From Candidatus Rokuibacteriota bacterium (lineage in GTDB: Bacteria; Methylomirabilota; Methylomirabilia; Rokubacteriales; CSP1-6), in NCBI GenBank assembly GCA_003220685.1, contig QHTE01000052.1, positions 270,407-334,406 on the forward strand: a DNA stretch of 64,000 bases, given 5' to 3'. Within the stretch, counting starts at the first letter, position 1, and each line of letters opens with the position of its first letter. The translations under genes and the position numbers were made by a program. The notes under the pieces were generated by a model. That model had not been told where the DNA came from and made no database searches. It worked only from the letters and a program-made list of their open reading frames with translations. Positions 18,383 through 27,882 of this stretch are shown piece by piece.

Positions 18383-19759
18383 ATGCGCGCACTGGCTTTG
18401 ATCGTCATCTCGATGTGTACGGCGCTGGTGCCCGCCGCCGCCGCCGCGCAGGACCCGGCGGAGCTGCGAAGGCAGATCGAGCAGCTCCAGAAGCAGCTCG
18501 ACTCGGTCACCGATCGGCTGCGGCGCCTGGAAGCCCAGCCGCCGCAGCCGACGCCGGCGGCGCCGGCCCCCGCGGATGCACCGCCCGGCCCCGGGGTCGC
18601 CGCGCCGCCGCCGGCCACGGCTCCGCCGTCGGCCATGGATCTCGCGCGACCGCGGCAGCCGTTCGGGCTGTATCAGCAGCGCGGCGCGGGCCAGCTGCTG
18701 TTCGACATGGGCATCGCGGGCGACTTCGTCGGCAACATCACCCAGCGCAATGTCGAGAGAGCCGGGGGCGGCACGTTCGCCGGACAGGAGAATCGATTCT
18801 TCCCGCGCGAGGTCGAGCTCTCGCTCTTCGGCCAGATCGATCCGTATGCGTCCGCGGTCGTCAGATTCGAGGCGGGAGAAGAGGCGCGAGGCGCCGACAC
18901 CTCAGTCCACCTCGCCGAGGCCTACCTCACCTTGCTCACCCTGCCCTACGGCACCCAGGCGCGGCTCGGCCAGATGCGCAACCGCTTCGGCTGGTCGAAC
19001 GAGGTCCACGAGCACGACCTGCCCTGGGTCGATCGCCCTAACGTCATGCGCAACTTCCTCGGCCCCGAGGGACTTCAGGAAAAGGGGGCCGAGCTGACCT
19101 TCGTTCCCGATCTCCCGTTCTACGTCGAGGCGCTGGCCGGCATCTTCAACGGCGACAACACGACGGCATTCGGCCGCGGCACCTTGCAGCATCCTCTGGC
19201 CACCGGCCGCATCCGGACGTTCTTCGAGCTCGGCCTGGAGCACGCGATCCAGCTCGGGATGTCGGTCGCGAGCGGCGATACGCCGGACCGGAACCGCTCG
19301 ACCATCCTCGGCTGGGAAGCCCGCTACAAGTATCGCCCGGACGGCTGGCTCCATCCGCTCGTCACGCTCACCGGCGAGGCGCTGTACTCGCTGCGGAAGG
19401 TCGACGTCGGCGTCGACCTCGACGGAGACGGCTCGATCGATCGGGTCAGCAAGCGCGAGCGCGATCACTCCGGCTACTACGCCGGCCTCGAGGTGCAGCC
19501 CTTCCGCCGCTGGGCCGGCGGCGTCCGCTACGACTGGTCGCAGTACCCGACCACCCCCGGCTGGGAGTGGGCCATCGAGCCGTACGTCTCGTTCTGGCCG
19601 TCGGAGTTCCTGCGCTTCCGGCTGGCGTACAAGTACACCGACCGGAGCCCGCAAACGCGCGACGCCTTCAACCTGAACGACTCGAGCGCCCGGAAGGTGG
19701 ACGAGATCCTCTTCGAGGCCTCGTTCATCCTCGGCGCGCACCCCGCGCATCCTTTCTAG
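18383..19759 (+). CDS. Outer-membrane beta-barrel porin-like protein with N-terminal coiled coil and Pro/Ala linker
   Basis: SD GGAGGA. Signal peptide, ELRRQIEQLQKQLDSVTDRLRRLE coiled coil, alternating beta-strand pattern, and C-terminal ...AHPF (terminal Phe typical of OMPs). Confidence 0.75.
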   Translation: MRALALIVISMCTALVPAAAAAQDPAELRRQIEQLQKQLDSVTDRLRRLEAQPPQPTPAAPAPADAPPGPGVAAPPPATAPPSAMDLARPRQPFGLYQQRGAGQLLFDMGIAGDFVGNITQRNVERAGGGTFAGQENRFFPREVELSLFGQIDPYASAVVRFEAGEEARGADTSVHLAEAYLTLLTLPYGTQARLGQMRNRFGWSNEVHEHDLPWVDRPNVMRNFLGPEGLQEKGAELTFVPDLPFYVEALAGIFNGDNTTAFGRGTLQHPLATGRIRTFFELGLEHAIQLGMSVASGDTPDRNRSTILGWEARYKYRPDGWLHPLVTLTGEALYSLRKVDVGVDLDGDGSIDRVSKRERDHSGYYAGLEVQPFRRWAGGVRYDWSQYPTTPGWEWAIEPYVSFWPSEFLRFRLAYKYTDRSPQTRDAFNLNDSSARKVDEILFEASFILGAHPAHPF

Positions 19760-19774
19760 TCCAGGAGGCGACAT

Positions 19775-20689
19775 ATGCTTCGGGTATTCCGCCCTCTGCT
19801 CGCTCTGGCCTTCATTGCCCCGCTGGTCGCGGCCGCGTCGGCGGCCGACAAGATCCGTGTGGTGGCCACGATCCCCGACCTCAAGGCCCTCACCGAGGAG
19901 GTCGGGGGCAAGCTGGTCGACGTCGACGCGCTCGCGCGGGGCACGCAGAACGCGCACGAGCTCGAGATCCGCCCGAGCCTCATGGTGAAGCTGCGGCGCG
20001 CCGACCTCCTGATCGAAAACGGCCTGGACCTCGATTCGTGGGCCGATGTCGCCGTTCAGGGCGCGAACAACCCCAACATCGTCCGCGGCGCGCCGGGGCG
20101 GGTCGACGTCTCACGCGGTATCCAGGTGCTGGAGGTGCCCTCGATTCGGGTCGACCGCTCGATGGGCGACGTCCATCCGCTCGGTAACCCTCATTACTCG
20201 ATGGATCCGGGCCTGGCGCCCATCATCACGCAAAACATCGTCGATGCGCTCGCCCGCTTCGCCCCCGATCACCGGGCCGAGCTCGAGAAAAATCGTCAGG
20301 CGTTTCTCGCGCGCCTCGACGAGGCCATGGCCCGCTGGACTCGCGCCATGGAGCCGCTCAGGGGAGCCAAGGTCGTCGTGTATCATCCCCAATGGATCTA
20401 CCTGCTGCATCGCTTCGGGCTGGTCCAGGCGGCCACGCTCGAGGATCGACCGGGGATCCCGGCTTCGCCGGCGCACCTGACGCGAGTGATTCGTCAGATG
20501 AAGGACGAGCAGATCAAGCTGATCATCGTCGAGCCGTGGAATGACGTGAAGCTGGCCAATCGTGTGGCCCAGGAGGCGGGCGCCAAGGCCGTCGTGCTGG
20601 CGTCGATGGTCGGTGGGGTGAAGGGCGCCGACTCGTACATCGGTGCCATCGACCACAACGTCAACGCCCTCGTGACGGCGATACGGTGA
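19775..20689 (+). CDS. Metal ABC transporter substrate-binding protein (ZnuA/TroA family), copy 1
   Basis: Signal peptide. NAHELEIRPS, HPLGNPHYSMDP, VVVYHPQWIYL and EPWND blocks. Confidence 0.9.
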   Translation: MLRVFRPLLALAFIAPLVAAASAADKIRVVATIPDLKALTEEVGGKLVDVDALARGTQNAHELEIRPSLMVKLRRADLLIENGLDLDSWADVAVQGANNPNIVRGAPGRVDVSRGIQVLEVPSIRVDRSMGDVHPLGNPHYSMDPGLAPIITQNIVDALARFAPDHRAELEKNRQAFLARLDEAMARWTRAMEPLRGAKVVVYHPQWIYLLHRFGLVQAATLEDRPGIPASPAHLTRVIRQMKDEQIKLIIVEPWNDVKLANRVAQEAGAKAVVLASMVGGVKGADSYIGAIDHNVNALVTAIR

Positions 20690-21606
20690 TGCGCGTCAGG
20701 ACCTCGGTTCTCGTCGGTCTGCTCGTCCTGGTCGGGCTTCTGTCCAGCGGCGCCGAAGGCGCCCACAAGCTCCGCGTCGTGACGACCATTCCCGATTTCA
20801 AGGCGCTCGTGGAGGAGATCGGCGGCGACCTCGTCGACGTCGAGACCCTGGCGCGCGGCTCCCAGAACGCCCACGAGGTCGAGATCCGCCCGAGTCTCAT
20901 GCTCCGGCTCCGGCGGGCCGATCTGTTCGTCGAGAACGGCCTCGAGCTCGACGCCTGGTCCGACGTCGCCGTGCAGGGCGCGAACAATCCCAAGATCGTC
21001 CGCGGCGCGGTCGGTCGCGTCGACGCCTCGCGCGGCATCCCGGTGCTGGATGTGCCCTCGACCCGGGTCGACCGCTCGATGGGCGACGTCCATCCGCTGG
21101 GCAACCCTCACTACTCTCTCGACCCGGGTCTGGCGCCGATCGTGACCCAGAATCTCCTCGACGGCATGGTCCGCGTGGCCCCCGAGGCTCGCGAGACCTT
21201 CGAGAAAAACCGCGAGGCCTTCCTGGCCCGCGTCGAAGACGCGATGGTGCGCTGGCGGAAGACGCTCGAGCCGTTCAAGGGCGCGAAGGTCGTCGTGTAC
21301 CACCCGGACTACGCCTACTTCCTCGCTCGGTTCGGCGTGGCTCAGGCCGGTATGCTGGAGGATCGACCAGGCATCCCGCCCTCGCCGCAGCACCTGGCGC
21401 AGCTGATCCGTCAGATGAAGGACGAGCGCGTCAAGGTCATGCTCGTGCAGCCCTGGAACGACCTGAAGCTGGCGCAGCGGGTGGCCGACGAGGCCGGCGC
21501 GAAAGCGGTCGTGGTGCCCACGATGGTCGGCGGGGTCAAGGGAGCCGACACCTACATCGGAGCCATCGACTACAACGTGAACGCGCTCGCTCAGGCGCTT
21601 CGCTAA
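20686..21606 (+). CDS. Metal ABC transporter substrate-binding protein (ZnuA/TroA family), copy 2 (tandem paralogue)
   Basis: The start overlaps the copy 1 stop. It has the same four metal-site blocks and is about two-thirds identical to copy 1 by eye. Confidence 0.9.
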   Translation: MMRVRTSVLVGLLVLVGLLSSGAEGAHKLRVVTTIPDFKALVEEIGGDLVDVETLARGSQNAHEVEIRPSLMLRLRRADLFVENGLELDAWSDVAVQGANNPKIVRGAVGRVDASRGIPVLDVPSTRVDRSMGDVHPLGNPHYSLDPGLAPIVTQNLLDGMVRVAPEARETFEKNREAFLARVEDAMVRWRKTLEPFKGAKVVVYHPDYAYFLARFGVAQAGMLEDRPGIPPSPQHLAQLIRQMKDERVKVMLVQPWNDLKLAQRVADEAGAKAVVVPTMVGGVKGADTYIGAIDYNVNALAQALR

Positions 21607-21626
21607 GAGGTTCGACGGGCGACCGC

Positions 21627-22451
21627 ATGCTCTCCGATCTCCTGGCGCTCCTGTGGGCGCCGTTCCTGATGTGCCTGGTCCTCACGGGCATCCACGCCTA
21701 TCTCGGTGTCCACGTGCTGGCGCGCGAGGTCGTCTTCGTCGACATCGCGCTCGCCCAGATCGCCGCCCTCGGCGCCACGGCGGCGTTCCTGTTCGGCTAC
21801 GAGCTTCACACCTGGGAGTCGTACGGCGCCGGGCTGTTCGCGACGGTCGTGGGCGCGCTGGTCCTCTCGCTCACGCGCAGCCGCGAGCGGCGCGTGTCGC
21901 AGGAGGCGGTGATCGGCGTCGTCTATGCCGCGTCCGCGGCCGGCGCCGTCCTGCTGTCCGACCGCGCCCCCCACGGCGTCGAGCACATCCGGGCGATGCT
22001 CGTCGGCTCGCTCCTGACCGTCAACGGCGACGAGGTCCTCAAGGTCGCGATCCTCTACGGGTTGATCGGCGCGCTTCACTGGTTCTGCCGCCGTCCGTTC
22101 TTCTTGATCTCCACCGACGCCCGCCGGGCGTACGCCGAGGGCTGGCGCGTGCGCCTCTGGGACTTCGTCTTCTATGCTTCGTTCGGCGTCGTCGTGACCA
22201 GCTCGGTCCGCATCGGCGGCGTGCTGCTCGTCTTCTCGTATCTCATCGTCCCGGCGCTCGCCGCCACCCTCGTCGGTGGGTCGATCGCGACGCGACTGCT
22301 CGTCGGCTGGGGCTTCGGCACGGCCGTGAGCGTGCTCGGAGTCATCGCCTCCGCGTGGCTCGACCTGCCGACCGGCGCCACGATCGTCTGCGTCTTCGGC
22401 GTGAGCCTCATCGCGCTCTGGGCCGGCGCCACTCGAATCCGCCGCGCCTGA
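21627..22451 (+). CDS. Metal ABC transporter permease (ZnuB-like)
   Basis: 274 aa, polytopic. FLMCLVLTGIHAYLGVHVLAREVVFVDIALAQIAALG is typical of ABC-3 permeases. Confidence 0.9.
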   Translation: MLSDLLALLWAPFLMCLVLTGIHAYLGVHVLAREVVFVDIALAQIAALGATAAFLFGYELHTWESYGAGLFATVVGALVLSLTRSRERRVSQEAVIGVVYAASAAGAVLLSDRAPHGVEHIRAMLVGSLLTVNGDEVLKVAILYGLIGALHWFCRRPFFLISTDARRAYAEGWRVRLWDFVFYASFGVVVTSSVRIGGVLLVFSYLIVPALAATLVGGSIATRLLVGWGFGTAVSVLGVIASAWLDLPTGATIVCVFGVSLIALWAGATRIRRA

Positions 22452-22465
22452 TACACTCGAGCGGC

Positions 22466-22840
22466 GTGACGGTCCGGTCATCCGCTCTGCTCATCATGCT
22501 GTCCGGGACGCTCCTCGCCGGCTGCGTCAGCGCCCAGTCGCGTTCCGCCGTGACCGCCGGCCTGGCCGGCACGTGGCGCGGCTGGATGACCGGGCCCCTC
22601 GGCAACGCGCCGGTCATCCTGACGATCGGCGAGGACGGCGCGTTTCAGGGTCTTCTCTTCGTCGAGCCGCAGTACAAGGAGATCAGGGGAACGATCAGCG
22701 TGATCGGCGCGCGAAGCATGCGCTACGAGGGCAATGACGGCAACGGGCGGGTGACGCTCCACGAGGAGCGCGGCCAGCGGGTGCTGCGATTCGTCCGCGA
22801 CGGCGGCGGCGGTGGCGCCGAGCTCACTCCGTCGAAGTAA
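22466..22840 (+). CDS. Small lipoprotein (hypothetical)
   Basis: In-frame GTG 22466. Lipobox LLAGC. 124 aa. The track ORF start at 21653 is an artefact. Confidence 0.6.
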   Translation: MTVRSSALLIMLSGTLLAGCVSAQSRSAVTAGLAGTWRGWMTGPLGNAPVILTIGEDGAFQGLLFVEPQYKEIRGTISVIGARSMRYEGNDGNGRVTLHEERGQRVLRFVRDGGGGGAELTPSK

Positions 22841-22845
22841 CGATC

Positions 22846-24108
22846 CTAGAGGTCGTCGGCGCGAACGACGGGCTCGGGGTGGCGCAGGAGCGAGTTGTTG
22901 TGGCTGACGCGCACCCCCTGGCACTCGCCGCGAAAGTCGACGTTGGGCGGCTCGCCCATCCGGATCAGCGCCTCCCTCACCTCTGCCGGCGAGGCACCGG
23001 GATGGTCGGCGATATAGAGCGCGGCCACTCCGGCGACGTGAGCCGATGCCACGCTGGTCCCGCTCGAGGTGGCGAAGCCCCCGTACCGGTAGGTCGAGTA
23101 GACGTCCACCCCCGGCGCGGCGATGACGTGGCTCAGATCGGCGCCGGTCGCGAAGTTCGAGAAGCTGGCGAAGCCGTCGTCGAAGCTCGCGCTGGTCTCC
23201 GCGCCCTGGCCGCAGGGCTTACCGTCGGCGTCGGCTAGCGCCGTCACGGCGAGCACCTCCCGGTACGCGGCCGGGACGAAGCCGTTCAGATTGGCGGCGC
23301 TGTTACCCGCGGCGGCCACGAAGGTCACCCCGTGGAGCACGGCCTGGCATATCGCCATGTGCAGAGGGTCGTTGTTGAGGGCGCCGCACTCGCCGTCGTC
23401 GGATCCTGCCCCGCCGAGGCTCATGTTGGCGACGGTGATCGGCCCGCCCCGCGCCGGGGACTTCGAGTCGACGAAGTCGACCCCGCAGATCAGGGTCGAG
23501 GTGGACCCGGCGCCGAGGATGTTGAGGACCTGGACCGCCCAGAGCCGCGCCTCGGGCGCGACGCCGACAACACCATTGCCGTCGTTGGCCGCGGCGACGA
23601 TCCCGGCCACGTGGGTGCCGTGGCCGCTCGAGTCCTGGGCGCTCGGCGCTCCCGTGCAGCTCGTTCCGCCGGCGATGTTGCGCTGGAGGTCCGGATGGGC
23701 AAGATCGATGCCGGTATCGAGGATGGCGACGTGGACGCCGACGCCAGTGTTCGTCTTGTACTCGGCGTTGATTCGATCGACGCCAGTCGGGATTCCCTGC
23801 TGGAAGGCGCTGACCACACGGTCCTCGGTGACGAGCCGCACCCGGGGATCGCGCTCGACGGAGTTCAGCGACGCCGCCGGGATCGTTGCGGCGAACCCTC
23901 GGAAAACGTGCTCGTAGACCTGGAGCACCTGGAGGCTGTGGCGCCGGGCGAGATCATGGGCGACCGGATTCGCGCGCGGCACCTTGTCGTTGAATACCAC
24001 GATGTACTGATCGGCAATGATCTGCGCCGAGGCGTCGCGCGTCAGGCCCAGCGATGCGGCGACGAGGGGAAATACTACGAAGACAGCGACGGCAACGACA
24101 CGAGGCAC
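22846..24108 (-). CDS. Secreted S8 (subtilisin-like) serine peptidase with I9 propeptide
   Basis: Signal peptide and YIVVF propeptide. Catalytic blocks AILDTGID, HGTHVAGIV and SGTSVASAHVAG. Confidence 0.95.
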   Translation of the reverse strand: MPRVVAVAVFVVFPLVAASLGLTRDASAQIIADQYIVVFNDKVPRANPVAHDLARRHSLQVLQVYEHVFRGFAATIPAASLNSVERDPRVRLVTEDRVVSAFQQGIPTGVDRINAEYKTNTGVGVHVAILDTGIDLAHPDLQRNIAGGTSCTGAPSAQDSSGHGTHVAGIVAAANDGNGVVGVAPEARLWAVQVLNILGAGSTSTLICGVDFVDSKSPARGGPITVANMSLGGAGSDDGECGALNNDPLHMAICQAVLHGVTFVAAAGNSAANLNGFVPAAYREVLAVTALADADGKPCGQGAETSASFDDGFASFSNFATGADLSHVIAAPGVDVYSTYRYGGFATSSGTSVASAHVAGVAALYIADHPGASPAEVREALIRMGEPPNVDFRGECQGVRVSHNNSLLRHPEPVVRADDL

Positions 24109-24137
24109 TCCGAATCTTATAGCACGCCGCCCCGCTC

Positions 24138-24659
24138 CTACCGCACAAACTGATCGCGGGCCAACGGCGGCCGGACCTCGGCCCCCGAGAAGAGCAGGGT
24201 CACGACGACCTCGACCGACGCGTTACCCCCCAGGCCCTGACAGCCGATCGCCGCGCGCGTCGGCTTGCCGCGCTCGCCGTAGAGCTCCACCAGGAGGTCG
24301 GCCGCCCCGTTGATGACGCGCGGCTGATCGCCGAAGCCCGGCGCCGAGTTCACGAAGCCGAGCAGGTGCACGAACTGCTGGACGCGGTCCAGGTCGCCCA
24401 GCGCGTACTTCACCGCCGCCAGGGTCATGAGCGCCGCGTAGCGCGCCGCCTCGTAGCCCTGGTCGAGCGTCAGGTCCTTGCCGACGACACCCGGCAGATA
24501 GCCCTGGCCGCCCTTCCTCGGCGTCGTGCCGGACAGGTAGAGCATATTCTGAACGGCGTAGTGAGAAATGTAGTGGGCGCCGGAAGAATTCGTCCGGTAC
24601 AGGTCCTCGAGGCTCGGCAGCTCCAGCCCCAGCTTCGCGATCTTCGCCTCGACGTTCGT
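24138..24659 (-). CDS. RidA/YjgF-family protein
   Basis: The canonical-start ORF is 24138..24545. The 38 in-frame codons upstream (TNVEAKIAKLGLELPSLEDLYRTNSSGAHYISHYAVQN) look like the usual RidA-like N-terminus. They begin 5 nt after a GGAGG located directly behind the upstream stop. Confidence 0.8.
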   Translation of the reverse strand, partial: TNVEAKIAKLGLELPSLEDLYRTNSSGAHYISHYAVQNMLYLSGTTPRKGGQGYLPGVVGKDLTLDQGYEAARYAALMTLAAVKYALGDLDRVQQFVHLLGFVNSAPGFGDQPRVINGAADLLVELYGERGKPTRAAIGCQGLGGNASVEVVVTLLFSGAEVRPPLARDQFVR

Positions 24660-24669
24660 GCCCGCCTCC

Positions 24670-25512
24670 TCACCGGCCCCCGAGCTCGTTGAACGCGAGC
24701 TGAGCCATTCGCCCGATCAAGTGATAGGCGGCGGCAAAGCCCGGCGTGCCGTCGGCGACCGTATCGGGAACGCCGACGGTATAGGCCGTCAGGATGCAGA
24801 GCGGGCGGTCGCCCTTGAAGATGATACCGGCGTCGTTGTAGCAGCGGTGGCCCGTGCCGGTCTTGTGGGCGACCTTCGTGCCCAGCGGCAGCAGCGACGG
24901 CAGCCGGGTCTTGAGCTTCTGCCAGGAGAGGATGTCGAGCCCGAGGCGGCACAGCGCGGTCGTGCACTCAAGACGCGCGGCCATCTCCGGATCTTCGGTC
25001 CCTTTGAGGATCAGCTCGAGCAGGAGCCCCTGATCGTTGGCCGTCGTCGTCGTGACGCGATCGAGGGAGCTGTCGCGCCCGGTCCGGGGCGGGATCCCGT
25101 AGCGGTGCACCGTGCTGGTCAGGCCCACCGCCTCGGTGTAGCGCTGGACGTTCGGGAGCCCGACCAGATCGACCACGTGCCCCGTGCAGGTGTTGTCGCT
25201 GACGATGATCATCATGACCATCGCGTCCCGCAGGGTGATCCAGAACCCCGGCGTCAGGTGCTGGAACGTGCCCGAGTCGTTGTCCTGGAACCGCCCGTCG
25301 ATCGTGACCCTCTGATCGAGGGAGAGCTTGCCCGCGTGGACGGCCGCCAGCGCGGCCATCATGATCGAGGTCTTGCGGGTGCTGGCCGAGGGCACCGTGA
25401 CCTTGCCGCGCCGATCGGCGGCGACGCCGCTGGCGAAGTCTTTCAGATACCAGCTCACCTCGAATTCGGCGCCGTCGCACAGCTGATTGAGGCTCTTGAC
25501 GAGGTCACGCAT
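24670..25512 (-). CDS. Class A beta-lactamase-related serine hydrolase (no signal peptide)
   Basis: Start MRDLVKSL at complement ATG 25510-25512. Motifs SASTRK (SxxK), SDN and KTG. Confidence 0.85.
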   Translation of the reverse strand: MRDLVKSLNQLCDGAEFEVSWYLKDFASGVAADRRGKVTVPSASTRKTSIMMAALAAVHAGKLSLDQRVTIDGRFQDNDSGTFQHLTPGFWITLRDAMVMMIIVSDNTCTGHVVDLVGLPNVQRYTEAVGLTSTVHRYGIPPRTGRDSSLDRVTTTTANDQGLLLELILKGTEDPEMAARLECTTALCRLGLDILSWQKLKTRLPSLLPLGTKVAHKTGTGHRCYNDAGIIFKGDRPLCILTAYTVGVPDTVADGTPGFAAAYHLIGRMAQLAFNELGGR

Positions 25513-25590
25513 GCCTGAACCATACCACGGGCCCGGTCGTCGCCGCCGCCGGCTTGACTGCCATCCCGGCCCACGGGACAGTAGCGCGGG

Positions 25591-26985
25591 ATGGCGTCCA
25601 CCCAGCTGATCCACGACGCGACGATCGTCACCGTCGACCAGGCCGGATCGATCCTCTACGGCGCGGCACTCGCGGTGAGCGACGGCCGCATCGCCGCACT
25701 CGGCCCGACACCGGAGCTGCTTGTGAAGTACCCGGACGCCGAGCGCGTCGACGGCCGCGGGCGGGCGGTGTTACCGGGCTTCGCCAACACGCATACGCAC
25801 CTCTCGCGCGTGCTGGCGCGCGGGATCTACGAGGATCTCTCGCCCCCTCACACGCCGCCCTTCACGGGCGGCCTGGCGCCGCTGCCGCTGCCACCGCTCT
25901 CACGAGACGAAGAGCGCGTGATGGCGTTGCTCGGCGCGCTGGAAGCCATCCGGAGCGGCACGACGCTCGTGCTCGAAGAGAGCGCCGGGCTCGACGGCTA
26001 CGCGGGCGCGCTGCTCGACACGGGGCTGCGCCTGGTCCTCTGCGAGCGCGCGTGGGACCGCGCCAACGCGTCGATCGGCCAGCCCGGGGCGTTCCAGGTC
26101 GATCCGGCGCTCGCCGAGGCGGGCCTGGCGCGGATCGCCGACTTCCACACGCGCTGGAACGGCAAGGGCGACGGGCGGCTCGCCGCGGGGCTTGCCGCCT
26201 GGGCGCCCGACATGTGCTCGCCGGGTCTCCTGGATCGGCTGCGGAAGCTTCAGTCCGAGCTCGGGGCGATCGCGACCGTGCATTTGAGCCAGATCTGGGG
26301 CGAGGTCGCGGCCGTCCAGGAGCAGCGCGGCGTCCTGCCGACGGAATACCTCGCGCGCTGTGGTGTGCTCTCCAATCGCCTGGTGGCGGCGCACTGCCGG
26401 TGCATGACCGCGGGCGAGGAGCGCATCCTGGGCGCCTCGGGCACCGCCGTCGCGGTCAATCCGGCCATCGCGGCACGCCGCGGCCTGGCGGCTCGCATCG
26501 CCGAGCTCGAGCGCGCCGGCTGTCTCGTCACGCTCGGCACCGACAACATGGCCGAGGACATGGTCGAGGTCGTGCGGACCGCAATGTTCATGGAGCGCGT
26601 CAGGCGCCGGGACGGCCGGCATCCCACGCCCGAGGACGCGCTCGCGTGGGCGACGCGCAACGGCTACCGGGCGCTCGGCATCCCGGACGGCGGCTGGCTC
26701 GCACCCGGCAATCGCGCCGACCTGATCCTGATCGATCTGCGAAAGCCCCACCTCACGCCGGCGCTGCGCGTGGTCTCGTGCTTTGTCCACCAGGGGCTGG
26801 CCAGCGACGTCGAGGCGGTGATGGTGGACGGCCGCTGGATCATGCGCGCCGGGCGCGTGCTGACGCTCGACGAGCCGTCGATCGTCGCCGAGGCCGATCG
26901 CATCGCCCGCGCCGCCTGGCGGCGGCTCTTCGAGCGGCGGCCCGATCTGCCGCGTCCGCCGGGCTTCGATCTCGGCCCGCGGTAA
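25591..26985 (+). CDS. Amidohydrolase family protein (chlorohydrolase/deaminase-like)
   Basis: 464 aa. AVLPGFANTHTHL metal motif and GTDN near the C-terminus. Confidence 0.9.
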   Translation: MASTQLIHDATIVTVDQAGSILYGAALAVSDGRIAALGPTPELLVKYPDAERVDGRGRAVLPGFANTHTHLSRVLARGIYEDLSPPHTPPFTGGLAPLPLPPLSRDEERVMALLGALEAIRSGTTLVLEESAGLDGYAGALLDTGLRLVLCERAWDRANASIGQPGAFQVDPALAEAGLARIADFHTRWNGKGDGRLAAGLAAWAPDMCSPGLLDRLRKLQSELGAIATVHLSQIWGEVAAVQEQRGVLPTEYLARCGVLSNRLVAAHCRCMTAGEERILGASGTAVAVNPAIAARRGLAARIAELERAGCLVTLGTDNMAEDMVEVVRTAMFMERVRRRDGRHPTPEDALAWATRNGYRALGIPDGGWLAPGNRADLILIDLRKPHLTPALRVVSCFVHQGLASDVEAVMVDGRWIMRAGRVLTLDEPSIVAEADRIARAAWRRLFERRPDLPRPPGFDLGPR

Positions 26986-26993
26986 ACTGAGCC

Positions 26994-27866
26994 ATGCGAA
27001 TCGCCACCTGGAACGTGAATTCTTTGAACGCGCGGCTCGAGAAAGTCGTCTGGTGGCTCGACCGCGCCAGGCCGGACGTGCTGCTGATGCAAGAGACGAA
27101 GCTCGCCGACGCCGCGGCGCCGGTGGCGACCTTCGAGAAGGCCGGCTACGAGCTCGCCCACCACGGCGAGGGCCGCTGGAACGGCGTGGCGATCGCGAGC
27201 CGCGTGGGCATCGCGGACGTCATCGGCAATTTCGGCCAGCCCTTGCGGCCCCAGGCGACGCCGGATGTGCCGGACGACGAGCCGCTCGCCGAGGCGAGGA
27301 TGCTCTCGGCGGTCTGCGGCGGCGTGCGCGTCGTGAGCCTCTACGCCCCCAACGGACGCTCGCTCGATTCGCCCTTCTATCAGGCCAAGCTCGTCTGGTA
27401 CGAGCGGCTCGCCCGCTGGCTCGCCGAATCGCGCGATCCGGGTGAGGCCCTGGCGCTCGGCGGCGACTACAACATCGCCCCAGCGGACGCCGATGTGTGG
27501 GACCCCGAGGCCTGCCACGGGGGGACGCACGTCTCGGAGCCGGAGCGAAGCGCCTTCGCCAAGCTCTGCGCCTGGGGCCTGGTCGACATCTATCGTCTGC
27601 GCCAGCCCGAGCCCGGGCGCTACACCTGGTGGGACTATCGCGCCGGGAACTTCCACAAGAACTTCGGGATGCGGATCGACCACCTGCTCGTCACCAAGTC
27701 GGTCGCCGGGCGAACGGTGGCGGTGGAGATCGATCGCGAGGCGCGCAAGGGCAAGCCCCTGCCCTCGGACCACGCGCCGCTCGTCATCGACCTCGACGAG
27801 CCGGGCCACGCGTTCGACGCGGGCTGGGTGGCGGCGGCGGGCCGGATCGCGGCGCGACGCGGTTAG
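26994..27866 (+). CDS. xthA: Exodeoxyribonuclease III
   Basis: MRIATWNVNSLNARL, LLMQETK, WDYR and SDHAPL blocks. Confidence 0.95.
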   Translation: MRIATWNVNSLNARLEKVVWWLDRARPDVLLMQETKLADAAAPVATFEKAGYELAHHGEGRWNGVAIASRVGIADVIGNFGQPLRPQATPDVPDDEPLAEARMLSAVCGGVRVVSLYAPNGRSLDSPFYQAKLVWYERLARWLAESRDPGEALALGGDYNIAPADADVWDPEACHGGTHVSEPERSAFAKLCAWGLVDIYRLRQPEPGRYTWWDYRAGNFHKNFGMRIDHLLVTKSVAGRTVAVEIDREARKGKPLPSDHAPLVIDLDEPGHAFDAGWVAAAGRIAARRG

Positions 27867-27882
27867 CTCGGGAGTCGCCGGC

